Shown: positions 54,417-63,960, counted from the first letter of the stretch. The stretch is DNA of 64,000 nucleotides from Sphaerochaetaceae bacterium (GCA_963656825.1 CAVKJG010000003.1:2243-66242); one strand, 5' to 3'. Translations and numbers: made by a program. Notes: generated from the sequence alone by a model not told the origin.

Positions 54417-55349
54417 TTATTCTTTGTCTTTTTTGATAAGCTCTGAAACGGAAGTCGCAAGTCCCGCGATCGACTGAATTTCACTCGGAATGATTATCTT
54501 TGTCGCTTTGCCGTCCGCCGCTTTTTCAAACGCTTCAAGTCCCTTTATGGCTATAACGGCTTCCGACGGCGCGGCGTCGTTTATCATTTTGATACCCTCC
54601 GCGGTAGCCTCCTGAACCTGTCTGATAGCCTCCGCCTCGCCCTCTGCCTGACGGATTTTTGCTTCCTTTTCGGCTTCGGCAAGAAGTATCTGACGCTGTT
54701 TCTGAGCTTCGGCGTCAAGGATCATAGCCTGCTTTTTACCTTCCGCAACAAGAATGGTGGAATTCTTTTCGCCTTCCGCGCGGAGGATTTGTTCACGGCG
54801 CTCGCGTTCGGCTTTCATCTGTTTTTCCATTGCGTCCTGAATTTCTCTCGGCGGAATGATGTTTTTAAGCTCAACGCGGGTGACCTTTATACCCCACGGA
54901 TCCGTCGCTTCGTCAAGAATGGCGCGCATTTTCGTGTTGATTATATCGCGCGAGGTGAGCGTGCTGTCAAGCTCAAGCTCGCCTATGATGTTACGGAGAG
55001 TTGTCGCCGTAAGATTTTCGATTGCCGACATCGGATTTTCCACACCGTAAGCATAAAGCTTGCAATCGGTTATCTGAAAGAAAACAACCGTATCTATCTG
55101 CATTTTTACGTTATCTTTTGTGATAACCGCCTGAGGCTCGAAGTCGGCGACGCGCTCCATCAGGGAAACACGCTTTGCGACTCTGTCCACAAACGGCGCC
55201 TTTACATGCAGGCCGGTGTGCCATGTCGTGTGATATGTTCCGAGGCGTTCGACAACGCATGCGTGAGCCTGCGGAACGATGTGAATGTTTGAGATGATAA
55301 TCACAAGAATTATTACCGCAATTATTCCCAGAATGATAAGTCCCGTCAT
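54417..55349 (-). CDS. SPFH/Band 7 (stomatin-like) membrane protein
   Basis: 310 aa. N-terminal TM helix, SPFH core (IVPQAHACVVERLGTYH...) and an Ala/Glu-rich coiled coil. Confidence 0.8.
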   Translation of the reverse strand: MTGLIILGIIAVIILVIIISNIHIVPQAHACVVERLGTYHTTWHTGLHVKAPFVDRVAKRVSLMERVADFEPQAVITKDNVKMQIDTVVFFQITDCKLYAYGVENPMSAIENLTATTLRNIIGELELDSTLTSRDIINTKMRAILDEATDPWGIKVTRVELKNIIPPREIQDAMEKQMKAERERREQILRAEGEKNSTILVAEGKKQAMILDAEAQKQRQILLAEAEKEAKIRQAEGEAEAIRQVQEATAEGIKMINDAAPSEAVIAIKGLEAFEKAADGKATKIIIPSEIQSIAGLATSVSELIKKDKE

Positions 55350-55366
55350 AAGTTTTACCTTCTTTC

Positions 55367-55816
55367 TCAGTTTTCTTTTTTGCAGATGAGCTTTACGCCC
55401 TCGATTGCCATTGCCACGACGAGCGCACCCTCGTCAATTGTGATATCGTCGCGTTCCGAACGCGCCGTCCATATTTTGCCGTCGATTTTCACTGCTCCCG
55501 TTGCTGCCACGTTGTCTATTTTTTCAATCACCGTGCCTGTTTTTCCTATTACCGTATCGGCATTTGTGGGGGAATAACTCACTTTCAGCACTTTTTTGAC
55601 AAAAGGCTTGAGGAATATCATAAGCAGAACCGATGACACAAGGAACACGGTTATCTGAAGCCAGAGCGGCAGACTGAAAATCGAAAGCAGAAGCGATATG
55701 AGCGCCGACGGTATAAACCATATCGCAACGAGCGCAAAGGTCGAAGCTTCGATAACTATTGCCGCTATTGTAACGCCGAGCCATACCCAAGGCATGACCG
55801 CAAGTATTTCTTCCAT
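55367..55816 (-). CDS. NfeD family membrane protein
   Basis: 149 aa. Three TM helices and a C-terminal OB-fold (GKTGTVIEKI...GAVKIDGKIWTARS). Classic pairing with the SPFH gene. Confidence 0.75.
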   Translation of the reverse strand: MEEILAVMPWVWLGVTIAAIVIEASTFALVAIWFIPSALISLLLSIFSLPLWLQITVFLVSSVLLMIFLKPFVKKVLKVSYSPTNADTVIGKTGTVIEKIDNVAATGAVKIDGKIWTARSERDDITIDEGALVVAMAIEGVKLICKKEN

Positions 55817-55934
55817 AGACTTACCTCCCTTTTCGCATTTGCCGGAAAAGCAATATGCACTGTATTTCTGTTATCATTATAGCATCAAATCCGGCTTGTG
55901 TAAATATATTGTCGCACGATTTTTAATTTAAGTG

Positions 55935-55963
55935 TTGAAAAATACGCAATATGGGAGTAAAAT
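55935..55963 (+). promoter_or_regulatory. sigma-A-type promoter of the M16 peptidase pair
   Basis: TTGAAA (55935-55940), 17-nt spacer, TAAAAT (55958-55963). Confidence 0.45.
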
Positions 55964-55997
55964 ATATGTAAATCCACAATTATCGAAAGGACAGACA

Positions 55998-57278
55998 ATG
56001 TACAGCGAAAGAAAACAGATAGCCAAAGGGGTATATTTTACGGATATCCCTGCGGACAAATTCAAAGCAAACTATATTCAGATAAGATTTATGATGCCGC
56101 TCGCAAAGGATACGGCGGCGAAAAACGCGCTCGTTTTCCCCGTAATTCTGCGCGGAACGGAAAAATATCCCGCGCTTGCGGATATGCGCCGTCGCAAGCA
56201 GGAGCTTTATGATTCGGGCGTATGGTCGGGACACTGGAAGCACGGCGACAACCACATAGTGACGATCGAAGCAAGCTCGCTGCGCAATTCGTACGCGATA
56301 GACGATACCGACATAACGGAGGGCGTGCTTGACCTTATCGGGCAGGTAATTCTTCATCCCGTGACGGAGGACGGAGTTTTCAAAGCCGAAAGCGTTGAGG
56401 GCGAAAAGAAAATAGCAGCCGATGCCGTCCGCGCGACGATAAACCAGAAGGGCAGATACGCAAGAATCCGCGCGCTTGAGGAAATGTTCTCCGGCGACGC
56501 ATACGGCATAAGCGACGGAGGCACGGTTGAGGAAATCGAAGCCGTTTGTCCGAAGTGCCTTTTCGACGCTTACAAAAATATGCTCCGCACGGCAAGAATC
56601 GAAATTTTTGCCGTCGGCGATTTTGACGGCGACGTCCTTGAAAAGAAATTTTCCGAAATTTTCTCCTCCGTCGAAAGAGGCGAAATCTACGAGCCGGAAC
56701 CCGATACAAAGGGCGCGGCAAGAGCCGAGGTAAAGAAAATTTATGACAGGCAGAACGTCACTCAGGGCGTGCTTGTTCTCGGATTTTTCACGGGCAGCGC
56801 AGCTTCGGACGACGACTACGCCGTGACAAAGGTTTTCAACACCGTTTTCGGCGGAAGCGCGGCAAGCAAGCTGTTTATGAACGTCAGAGAAAAGCTCAGC
56901 CTCTGCTATTACTGCTCGTCGTCTCTTATCGGCGAAAAGGGCGCGATGACCGTCGCCTCCGGAATTCAGTTTGAAAACGAGCAGAAGGCGTTCGACGAGA
57001 TAATGGCTCAGCTTGACAAAATGAAAAACGGCGAAATAACCGAAGACGAAATAGAAATGGCGAAGAAATCCCTTTGCGATGATATTATGGGCGCCGACGA
57101 CAATATCCGCGCGCTTGCGGCGAGGGCCTTCGGCGAGGTAATATACGGCAGAAAGCTGACCGATGAAGAAAAGATTGCAAAAATAAACGCCGTGACAAAA
57201 GAGCAGATAACCGAGCGGGCGAAGGCTGTGCGTCTTGATACGTACTACTTCCTTTGCGGACAGGAGGAGAGCAAATGA
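55998..57278 (+). CDS. M16 (pitrilysin/insulinase) family protein, non-catalytic subunit-like
   Basis: ATG 55998 (MYSERKQIAKGVYF) has a GAAAGG RBS. M16 fold pattern, but no HxxEH zinc motif in the N-terminal region. Confidence 0.65.
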   Translation: MYSERKQIAKGVYFTDIPADKFKANYIQIRFMMPLAKDTAAKNALVFPVILRGTEKYPALADMRRRKQELYDSGVWSGHWKHGDNHIVTIEASSLRNSYAIDDTDITEGVLDLIGQVILHPVTEDGVFKAESVEGEKKIAADAVRATINQKGRYARIRALEEMFSGDAYGISDGGTVEEIEAVCPKCLFDAYKNMLRTARIEIFAVGDFDGDVLEKKFSEIFSSVERGEIYEPEPDTKGAARAEVKKIYDRQNVTQGVLVLGFFTGSAASDDDYAVTKVFNTVFGGSAASKLFMNVREKLSLCYYCSSSLIGEKGAMTVASGIQFENEQKAFDEIMAQLDKMKNGEITEDEIEMAKKSLCDDIMGADDNIRALAARAFGEVIYGRKLTDEEKIAKINAVTKEQITERAKAVRLDTYYFLCGQEESK

Positions 57279-58561
57279 ACGAAATAATAATGCGCGAAGA
57301 CAAGGCGATAGGCGAAAAATATTATTATACAAAGCACAAGAGCGGACTTGATATTTATGTCATTCCGAAAAAGTTCCGTCAGAGCTACGCCATATTTTCA
57401 ACGAAATACGGCGCGGCGGACAACTGCTTCAAGCTTGAGGTCGACAAGGATTTTGTGAAAGTGCCGGACGGCATCGCACATTTTCTTGAACACAAAATGT
57501 TTGAAAACGAAGACGGCAGCGATACGTTTGAGCGTTTTGCAAAATACGGCGCGGACGCAAACGCGTTTACGTCAAGCGAAATGACGGGCTACCTTTTCTC
57601 CTGCACGAGCAATTATGACGAAAACCTTGAAACCCTGCTTGACTATGTTACAAAGCCGTATTTCACTCCGCAGACCGTCGCAAAGGAACAGGGAATTATA
57701 GGTCAGGAAATAAAAATGGGAGAGGACAATCCCGCAAGAGCGCGCTACTACAACACGATGGAGGCGCTTTATGCCGACAGTCAGATAAAGATAAACGTAG
57801 CCGGAACGGTTGAATCCATTGCCGAAATAACGGCGGATCTGCTTTACAGCTGCTATCGCACGTTCTATAACCTTTCAAATATGGTGCTTGTCACAAGCGG
57901 CGACATCACTATGGAGCAGGTGCTTGCCGTTGCGGATAAGGTTCTTCCCGTTCAGGAGGAAAAGAAGATTGTCCGTTGCTATAATCCCGAAAAGGCGGAG
58001 GTCAACAAAAAGCGCGTAAAGGTAAAAATGGCGGTGGCAAAACCGATGTTTGAAATCGGCATAAAGGATATTGAAATACCGTCCGACCCGAAGGAGCTTC
58101 TGAAAAAATCAATTGCGGGCGGCGTGCTTTACGATATGCTGTTCGGCGGCACGTCCGACTTTGCGATAGACGTTTACGAAAGCGGACTTGTCCGCGGCTT
58201 TGGCGCAGGGTATTCGCTTGACCATATTTTCGGCATGGGAGAGCTTGTCGGCGAGAGCGACGATCCCGAGGCGGTTTACGATAAATTCGTGAAATACATT
58301 GAAGAAAAGAAGAAAACGGGACTTGACCGCAGTGAATTCGAGAGAATAAAGAAAGCCAATTACGCAAGTCTTGTCAAAAGCTTCGATTCGACGCAGAACA
58401 TCGCAAACAACGTAACCTATATGCTTCTTGACGGTATCGACATTATGGATTACAGCAAGGCTGTTGCGGATGTATCGTTTGAATATACGGAGGAGCTGCT
58501 AAATAAGCTGTTCGACGAAAAATATTATGCGATGAGCGTCGTCGAGCCTCTGGATAAATAA
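57275..58561 (+). CDS. M16 family zinc peptidase (catalytic subunit-like)
   Basis: ATG 57275 (MNEIIMRED) has an AGGAGG RBS and overlaps the upstream stop by 4 nt. Contains the HxxEH motif (GIAHFLEHKMFE). Confidence 0.7.
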   Translation: MNEIIMREDKAIGEKYYYTKHKSGLDIYVIPKKFRQSYAIFSTKYGAADNCFKLEVDKDFVKVPDGIAHFLEHKMFENEDGSDTFERFAKYGADANAFTSSEMTGYLFSCTSNYDENLETLLDYVTKPYFTPQTVAKEQGIIGQEIKMGEDNPARARYYNTMEALYADSQIKINVAGTVESIAEITADLLYSCYRTFYNLSNMVLVTSGDITMEQVLAVADKVLPVQEEKKIVRCYNPEKAEVNKKRVKVKMAVAKPMFEIGIKDIEIPSDPKELLKKSIAGGVLYDMLFGGTSDFAIDVYESGLVRGFGAGYSLDHIFGMGELVGESDDPEAVYDKFVKYIEEKKKTGLDRSEFERIKKANYASLVKSFDSTQNIANNVTYMLLDGIDIMDYSKAVADVSFEYTEELLNKLFDEKYYAMSVVEPLDK

Positions 58562-58641
58562 AATATCCGAAAAATAAGAAAGAAAGGATGCGGACGTCGG
58601 CTCTGTGAAAAAAGCGCAAAGCCGACGGACGCGCGTCAGAA

Positions 58642-59781
58642 ATGGAACAGATATCAAGAATTTCGTTTCCCGGACTCGGGATAGGCGAATTTTCGGTTGA
58701 CAATGTGGCGTTTACCGTTTTCGGCAGACCTGTCATGTGGTACGGCGTGATAATTTGCATAGGAATAATTCTTTCGTTTTCGTATTTTGCATATCGCGCG
58801 GGAAAAGCCGGAATAAAATTCGACGACGTTATAGACACAACGCTGTTTGCGGTCCCTGCCGGAATTATCGGCGCAAGACTTTATTACGTTATATTCTACG
58901 GCAACGTCCATTCGTTTTATGACGTTATCGCCATATGGAACGGCGGTCTTGCCATATACGGCGGAATAATCGGCGGCGCAATAGCGGTTATTCTGGTATC
59001 GCTTTATAAAAAGATAGACTTTTTCAAATATGCGGATATGATAATTCCCGGGGTTATGATAGGTCAGCTTCTTGGCAGATGGGGAAACTTTTTCAACGGC
59101 GAAGCCTATGGCGGAATCGTTTCCGAATCGCACCCCTTGTATTTTCTCCGCATGGGACTGCAGAACGGGAACACCTACAGCGATTTTGCAACCGCCGATA
59201 TGGTTTTCGTCCATCCCACGTTCCTTTACGAGTCGGTATGGAATCTTATCGGATTTATTCTGATAAACGTATTTTATAAAAAGAAAAAGTTCGGCGGCGA
59301 GGTGCTTTTGTGGTATCTCGGCTGGTACGGCTTCGGAAGATTTTTCATAGAACAGCTCCGGACGGATTCTCTTTACCTCGGAAACACCGGAATAAGAGTT
59401 TCGGCACTGCTCGGAATGGTGCTGTTTGTGATATCGCTGCCGCTTACGGTGGTATTTCATGTTCTTGCCGCAAAGAAAGAAAAAGAAGGAAAAATAAGAC
59501 GCAGCTACGATGTTTCCATCCCGTATTTCTTCGGAATAGGAAAGAGCGGATACGAAGCGCCCGAAACCGATTCTTCGGTTGATTTCGATACTGCAGAATT
59601 TGAAAAAAACGAGGCGGAAAGCGACAAAGCGCTCCGCCGCGCAAGCTCGAAAAAGGATCTTTTCATGGCGGACGAGAGCAAGGACGAAGAAGCTCCGCCG
59701 ATAAAGGTCGTTTTGAAAAAGCAAGAAAAAGACGCGCCCGAAAAATCAGACGGAGAAAACGAAGATGGCAAAGATAATTGA
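58642..59781 (+). CDS. lgt: prolipoprotein diacylglyceryl transferase with ~100-aa charged C-terminal extension
   Basis: Lgt core (WYGVIICIGIIL...GARLYYV...WNGGLAIYGGIIGG...GRWGNFFNGEAYG...HPTFLYES). The tail is rich in K/E/D. Confidence 0.8.
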   Translation: MEQISRISFPGLGIGEFSVDNVAFTVFGRPVMWYGVIICIGIILSFSYFAYRAGKAGIKFDDVIDTTLFAVPAGIIGARLYYVIFYGNVHSFYDVIAIWNGGLAIYGGIIGGAIAVILVSLYKKIDFFKYADMIIPGVMIGQLLGRWGNFFNGEAYGGIVSESHPLYFLRMGLQNGNTYSDFATADMVFVHPTFLYESVWNLIGFILINVFYKKKKFGGEVLLWYLGWYGFGRFFIEQLRTDSLYLGNTGIRVSALLGMVLFVISLPLTVVFHVLAAKKEKEGKIRRSYDVSIPYFFGIGKSGYEAPETDSSVDFDTAEFEKNEAESDKALRRASSKKDLFMADESKDEEAPPIKVVLKKQEKDAPEKSDGENEDGKDN

Positions 59782-60610
59782 CGGAAAGGCGATTTCCGCC
59801 GAGGTGAGAGTGGAAATAAAAGCGGAGGTTGCAAGGCTTTTGGCGGAAGGAATAAGCGTTTGTCTTGCCGTTGTGATAGTCGGCGACGATCCCGCTTCGC
59901 AAATTTATGTCCGCAACAAGAAAAAAGCCTGCGACGAAACGGGCATACGCTCCGAAATAATCGCCTTGCCTGCGGAAACCTCCGAAAAAGAGCTTATCTC
60001 CGTGCTTGACGGACTGAACTTCCGCAGTGACGTAAACGGCATACTTGTTCAGCTTCCGCTGCCAAAGCATATAAGCGAGCGGAATATAATCGCGCATATC
60101 GCGCCCGAAAAGGACGTTGACGCATTCCGCGACGAAAACGTCGGCAAGATAATGACGGGGAGCTTCAGCTTTCTGCCGTGTACTCCGGCGGGAATAATTG
60201 AGCTTCTGCATCGCAGCAAAATAAGCATAGAGGGCAAGGAATGTGTAGTCGTGGGACGGAGCAACATAGTGGGAAAGCCTATGGCAATGCTGCTTCTGCA
60301 CGAAAACGGCACGGTGACGATCTGCCACTCAAAAACAAAAAATCTGCCCGAAATCACACGTCGGGCGGACATACTTGTTTCCGCCGTCGGCAAGGCGAAC
60401 TTTATAACCGCCGATATGGTGAAGGCGGGCGCCGTCGTGATCGACGTAGGTATGAACAGAACGCCCGAAGGCAAGCTTACGGGCGATGTCGATTTTCCGG
60501 CTGTCGAGCCGATAGCTTCGTTTATCACGCCCGTTCCGGGCGGAGTAGGACCTATGACGGTTACAATGCTTCTTAAAAATACGGTTACAGCCGCGAAAAA
60601 AGCCACCTGA
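59765..60610 (+). CDS. folD: bifunctional methylenetetrahydrofolate dehydrogenase / methenyltetrahydrofolate cyclohydrolase
   Basis: 281 aa with MAKIIDGKAISAEVR..., LAVVIVGDDPASQIYVRNK, VVGRSNIVGKPMAMLL and TPVPGGVGPMT. Confidence 0.85.
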   Translation: MAKIIDGKAISAEVRVEIKAEVARLLAEGISVCLAVVIVGDDPASQIYVRNKKKACDETGIRSEIIALPAETSEKELISVLDGLNFRSDVNGILVQLPLPKHISERNIIAHIAPEKDVDAFRDENVGKIMTGSFSFLPCTPAGIIELLHRSKISIEGKECVVVGRSNIVGKPMAMLLLHENGTVTICHSKTKNLPEITRRADILVSAVGKANFITADMVKAGAVVIDVGMNRTPEGKLTGDVDFPAVEPIASFITPVPGGVGPMTVTMLLKNTVTAAKKAT

Positions 60611-60669
60611 AAAGGCGGCTTCCGGTGATATAATCGGTCTTGTAAATATAATGAAAGACGGTAGAAAAA

Positions 60670-61419
60670 ATGATATTCAGCGAAAAATATCACAGCAGAA
60701 TAGAGGACTTCGGCAGGGGCGGACTTATGACTCCGGAGGCGATTCTGCGCGTGTTTGAAAATACGGGAAGTCACCATTCGGATTCTGTCGGAGACAGTCT
60801 TATATCGGGCAGCGCTGCGGGAATTGCATGGATAGTTGCGGAATGGAATGTGAAGATCCATCGCGCGCCGAAATACGGTGAAGAGCTTATTCAGTCAACA
60901 TGCGCGGTGGGACTTAAGCCCGCAATTCAAAGCGGCAGAAAAATGGCGATAAAAACCGCGTCGGGAGAAGTATGCGCAGAGGGAAGCGCAAAGCTTGTAA
61001 GACTTGATGTTGCCACAGGAAAGCTTGTAAAGTCAACAGAGGAGCTTATTGCAAGATATGCTCCGGAGCCTGATGATGAAAATGAACAGAAGCCGCCGCG
61101 TCTTGTCGTGCCGAAGGAATTCGATTTCGAGCAAGAGGTTTTGCTTCGTCGCGGAGATATAGATTATAACGGTCATGTTCATAACGCAAATTATCTTACT
61201 CTTGCAATAGAAGCTTTGCCCGAAGATCTTTACAGAGAAAAGAAGATCGTCTCTTACCGTATTTCTTATCGCGCGCCGATAAAAGAATCGGACAAGGTGA
61301 CGGTCAGGAGCGCAGTAAGCGAAGATTCCGTTACAGAGTGTTTCTTCGGCTCTGACGGTACGCTTAAAACCATAGTATTTTTTGAATTCGACCATACTTT
61401 TTTCCCTGAAGAAAAGTAG
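60670..61419 (+). CDS. acyl-ACP thioesterase-like (double hotdog)
   Basis: 249 aa with the DIDYNGHVHNANYL motif in the second hotdog half. The last ~9 codons lie inside intergenic-repeat copy A. Confidence 0.6.
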   Translation: MIFSEKYHSRIEDFGRGGLMTPEAILRVFENTGSHHSDSVGDSLISGSAAGIAWIVAEWNVKIHRAPKYGEELIQSTCAVGLKPAIQSGRKMAIKTASGEVCAEGSAKLVRLDVATGKLVKSTEELIARYAPEPDDENEQKPPRLVVPKEFDFEQEVLLRRGDIDYNGHVHNANYLTLAIEALPEDLYREKKIVSYRISYRAPIKESDKVTVRSAVSEDSVTECFFGSDGTLKTIVFFEFDHTFFPEEK

Positions 61420-61556
61420 GGAAAAGAAACTTTAGTTATCGGGGGCAATGTACAGATTTTTTAATACCTGTACAGACAGAGCTTATTAAAAAAGGCAAAA
61501 GAAACTTTAATTATCGGGGACGATATACAGATTTTTTAATACCTGCACAGACGGTT
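61391..61556 (+). repeat. intergenic repeat, copies A (61391-61493) and B (61494-61556) in tandem
   Basis: Copy A: TACTTTTTTCCCTGAAGAAAAGTAGGGAAAAGAAACTTTAGTTATCGGGGGCAATGTACAGATTTTTTAATACCTGTACAGACAGAGCTTATTAAAAAA. Copy B: GGCAAAAGAAACTTTAATTATCGGGGACGATATACAGATTTTTTAATACCTGCACAGACGG. Confidence 0.75.
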
Positions 61557-61724
61557 GAGGCATACCCTCTCCGTCACGGCAAGCCGTGCCACCGCCCTCT
61601 TCTCGGCGACGCCGAGACGGGTGTGGATTTGCAAATGCGTAGCGTTTGCGCAGCTTCGCCGAGAGTGATGTTCCAAAGCAGACAAAACGCTTCGTATTCC
61701 ACTGATTAAACCTTACAAAGAAAA

Positions 61725-61757
61725 ACAGAGGTGATTTTTTTCATCTCTGTTTTTTTC
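61725..61757. terminator. bidirectional intrinsic terminator (recO side and thioesterase side)
   Basis: Stem CAGAGGTGA / TCATCTCTG (61726-61734 / 61741-61749), flanked by A5 and T7 runs. Confidence 0.65.
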
Positions 61758-61761
61758 GTTT

Positions 61762-62565
61762 TTATTTCACCGAATTATAAAAATCAAGCGAGCGGAAGCT
61801 TCTTTCAAGATGACCAAGCAGATATTTTTCGCAGGCGCCTGAAAATTCGCTCATCGCCTCGTCCTTCAGCTCAAAAGCAAACAGCCTTTCCGGCTTGCAG
61901 TAAAGCACATATCTCATTGCCGAAAATACGGACGGCGTAAGCGGAATTATAAGGTGCGCGTGCGAATATATTCCCTCCGCCTCGCTTGTACGCTTAGCCT
62001 GAACGTCAAAATCGGTCTCCTTTGCGCGATAGCAGCTTTCACAGCAGAAATATCCGCCCTCGACATCAAAATAATATGTATCAAGCTCCGATTTTCCGCA
62101 GCCCTCGCACCCGACAAGATCCGGCATAAAGCCCGCCTCCGCCGCCGCGCGAAGCTCAAAAGCCGCCTTTATCTGCGCTATGGATTTAAGCTTTTTGGCT
62201 ATACAGAAAAACGAATTGAGCACAAGCCGCAAAAGCTTTTCCTCCGGCTGATCTTCAAGCGAAATATCGCAGGCGACCTCGGCGATATATGCCGCAAGCG
62301 CCGCGCCTTCAAGCGTATCGCGTATGCCGAAAAAGCTTTCCGTCGGCGCGGATTCCCGCAGATAATATTTATCGCGCGAGCCGTAGATCGTGAATTCCGA
62401 ATAAGTATAAAGCTGACACGCCACAAAATGCGGACTTTTCAGTCTTTTCACGCCGCCGCCGTAGACGGAAATCTGTCCCATCTCCGCCGTCAGCAACGTA
62501 AGCATTTTGTCCGATTCGCCGACATCGACCTCGCGGAGTACAATGCCTTTTACGGTGGATATCAT
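61762..62565 (-). CDS. recO: DNA repair protein RecO
   Basis: 267 aa. N-terminal OB-fold (VKGIVLREVDVGESDKMLTLLT), a zinc-finger Cys pair (CEGCG...CCESC) and conserved position after era. Confidence 0.8.
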   Translation of the reverse strand: MISTVKGIVLREVDVGESDKMLTLLTAEMGQISVYGGGVKRLKSPHFVACQLYTYSEFTIYGSRDKYYLRESAPTESFFGIRDTLEGAALAAYIAEVACDISLEDQPEEKLLRLVLNSFFCIAKKLKSIAQIKAAFELRAAAEAGFMPDLVGCEGCGKSELDTYYFDVEGGYFCCESCYRAKETDFDVQAKRTSEAEGIYSHAHLIIPLTPSVFSAMRYVLYCKPERLFAFELKDEAMSEFSGACEKYLLGHLERSFRSLDFYNSVK

Positions 62566-62575
62566 ACAGCCTCCG

Positions 62576-63466
62576 TCAGAGCTCCTCGCGCTTGAAGCCC
62601 ATATTGCTTACAGCCGCTTCGGAAGCCCGCCAATTTTCTTTCACCTTTACCCAGAGGTCAAGGAACACCTTTATGCCGAAAAACGCTTCGAGATCCTGTC
62701 TTGCCGTTTCGCCGATGCGCTTGAGCGTTGCGCCGCCCTTGCCTATTATTATAGGCTTGTGTGACGCTTTTTCGCAGAATATTTCGGCGCGTATGGAAAG
62801 CAGCTTTGACGTTTCCTTCCAGTCTTCTATAACGACGGCTGTTCCGTGCGGAATTTCATCGCTTAAAAGGCGGAGCAGTTTTTCTCTTATGAATTCAGCC
62901 GCTATCTGTCTTTCCGGCTGATCGGTTATCATGTCGTCCGGGAAGATCCATTCTCCCTCTATTGCGTATTTATCGATTTCCTCAAAGATTATATCCGTAT
63001 TTTTGCCGTTCTTTGCGGATATCGGAATAACGGCGGCAAAATTATATTTTTCTGAAAAACGAAGAATGGTATCGCCTATTTCCTTTGCCGTGCTTATGTC
63101 CGTTTTGTTTACAAGAAGTATGACGGGAACGCCTATGCTGCCGAATTTCTTCATAAGAGATTCTTCTATCGGGCCTATTCTGTCGCCTGCCGCAACGATA
63201 TAAAGAATAAGATCAACGCCTGCCGCGGCGTCCGATGCCGCGCGCATCATAAACGAGCCGAGCTTGTCCTGCGGCTTGTGAACGCCTGGCGTATCAAGAA
63301 AAACATACTGCGTTTCCCCGCGTGACGTTATGCCGGTGATTTTTGTGCGCGTGGTCTGGGGCTTATCGGAAACTATCGCTATTTTTTCGCCGAGCAATGT
63401 GTTGAGAAGCGTCGATTTTCCCGTGTTTGCCCTGCCTATTATCGCCGTAAAAATATTCTTTTTCAT
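62576..63466 (-). CDS. era: GTPase Era
   Basis: 296 aa. G1 GRANTGKST, G3 DTPG, G4 NKTD. C-terminal KH domain (IIGKGGATLKRIG). Confidence 0.9.
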   Translation of the reverse strand: MKKNIFTAIIGRANTGKSTLLNTLLGEKIAIVSDKPQTTRTKITGITSRGETQYVFLDTPGVHKPQDKLGSFMMRAASDAAAGVDLILYIVAAGDRIGPIEESLMKKFGSIGVPVILLVNKTDISTAKEIGDTILRFSEKYNFAAVIPISAKNGKNTDIIFEEIDKYAIEGEWIFPDDMITDQPERQIAAEFIREKLLRLLSDEIPHGTAVVIEDWKETSKLLSIRAEIFCEKASHKPIIIGKGGATLKRIGETARQDLEAFFGIKVFLDLWVKVKENWRASEAAVSNMGFKREEL

Positions 63467-63960
63467 TTTGCGCTTTTACGCTCCTGTCCTATTGATGATA
63501 ATATTTTTTCCTGTTTTTCACGCATCAGCCTGTCCTCATCGTCGCTGCGCTCATGATCGTAGCCGAGAAGATGAAGCGTTGAATGTACCGAAAGAAACGC
63601 TATTTCCCTTTCCGGACTGTGACCGTACAGCTCCGCCTGCTCCATTGCGCGCTCAACCGATATCACTATATCGCCGAGCACCGCGCAGCCGTTTGCTTCG
63701 TCCGTGTCCCAATCGGAATCGTCCTCCGAAAGTATCGGAAACGAAAGAACATCGGTGGGAGAATCCTTTCCTCTGTATTCGCGGTTAAGCTCACGTATGC
63801 CGTCGTTGTCTGTAAACGTCACCGAAACCTCCGCCGGGTGCGGAAAGTCCTCGCTTTTCAGCGTTTCGCCTACAGCCCTTCGGATAAGCCTTTTCATATC
63901 CGCCGTAACGGGCAGCCTGCTTTGAGTGTCAAGAAAATATATTTCGTTGTGAAATCTCAT
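63463..63960 (-). CDS. ybeY: rRNA maturation endoribonuclease YbeY
   Basis: 165 aa with zinc motif HSTLHLLGYDH. 4-nt overlap with era. Confidence 0.85.
   Translation of the reverse strand: MRFHNEIYFLDTQSRLPVTADMKRLIRRAVGETLKSEDFPHPAEVSVTFTDNDGIRELNREYRGKDSPTDVLSFPILSEDDSDWDTDEANGCAVLGDIVISVERAMEQAELYGHSPEREIAFLSVHSTLHLLGYDHERSDDEDRLMREKQEKILSSIGQERKSAK

Noticed and set aside
55980-59724. Long - strand ORFs (55980-57332, 58654-59724) opposite the M16 peptidase and lgt genes
   Set aside because: Antisense shadows with unconvincing compositionally biased sequences. The + strand genes carry diagnostic motifs and RBSs.
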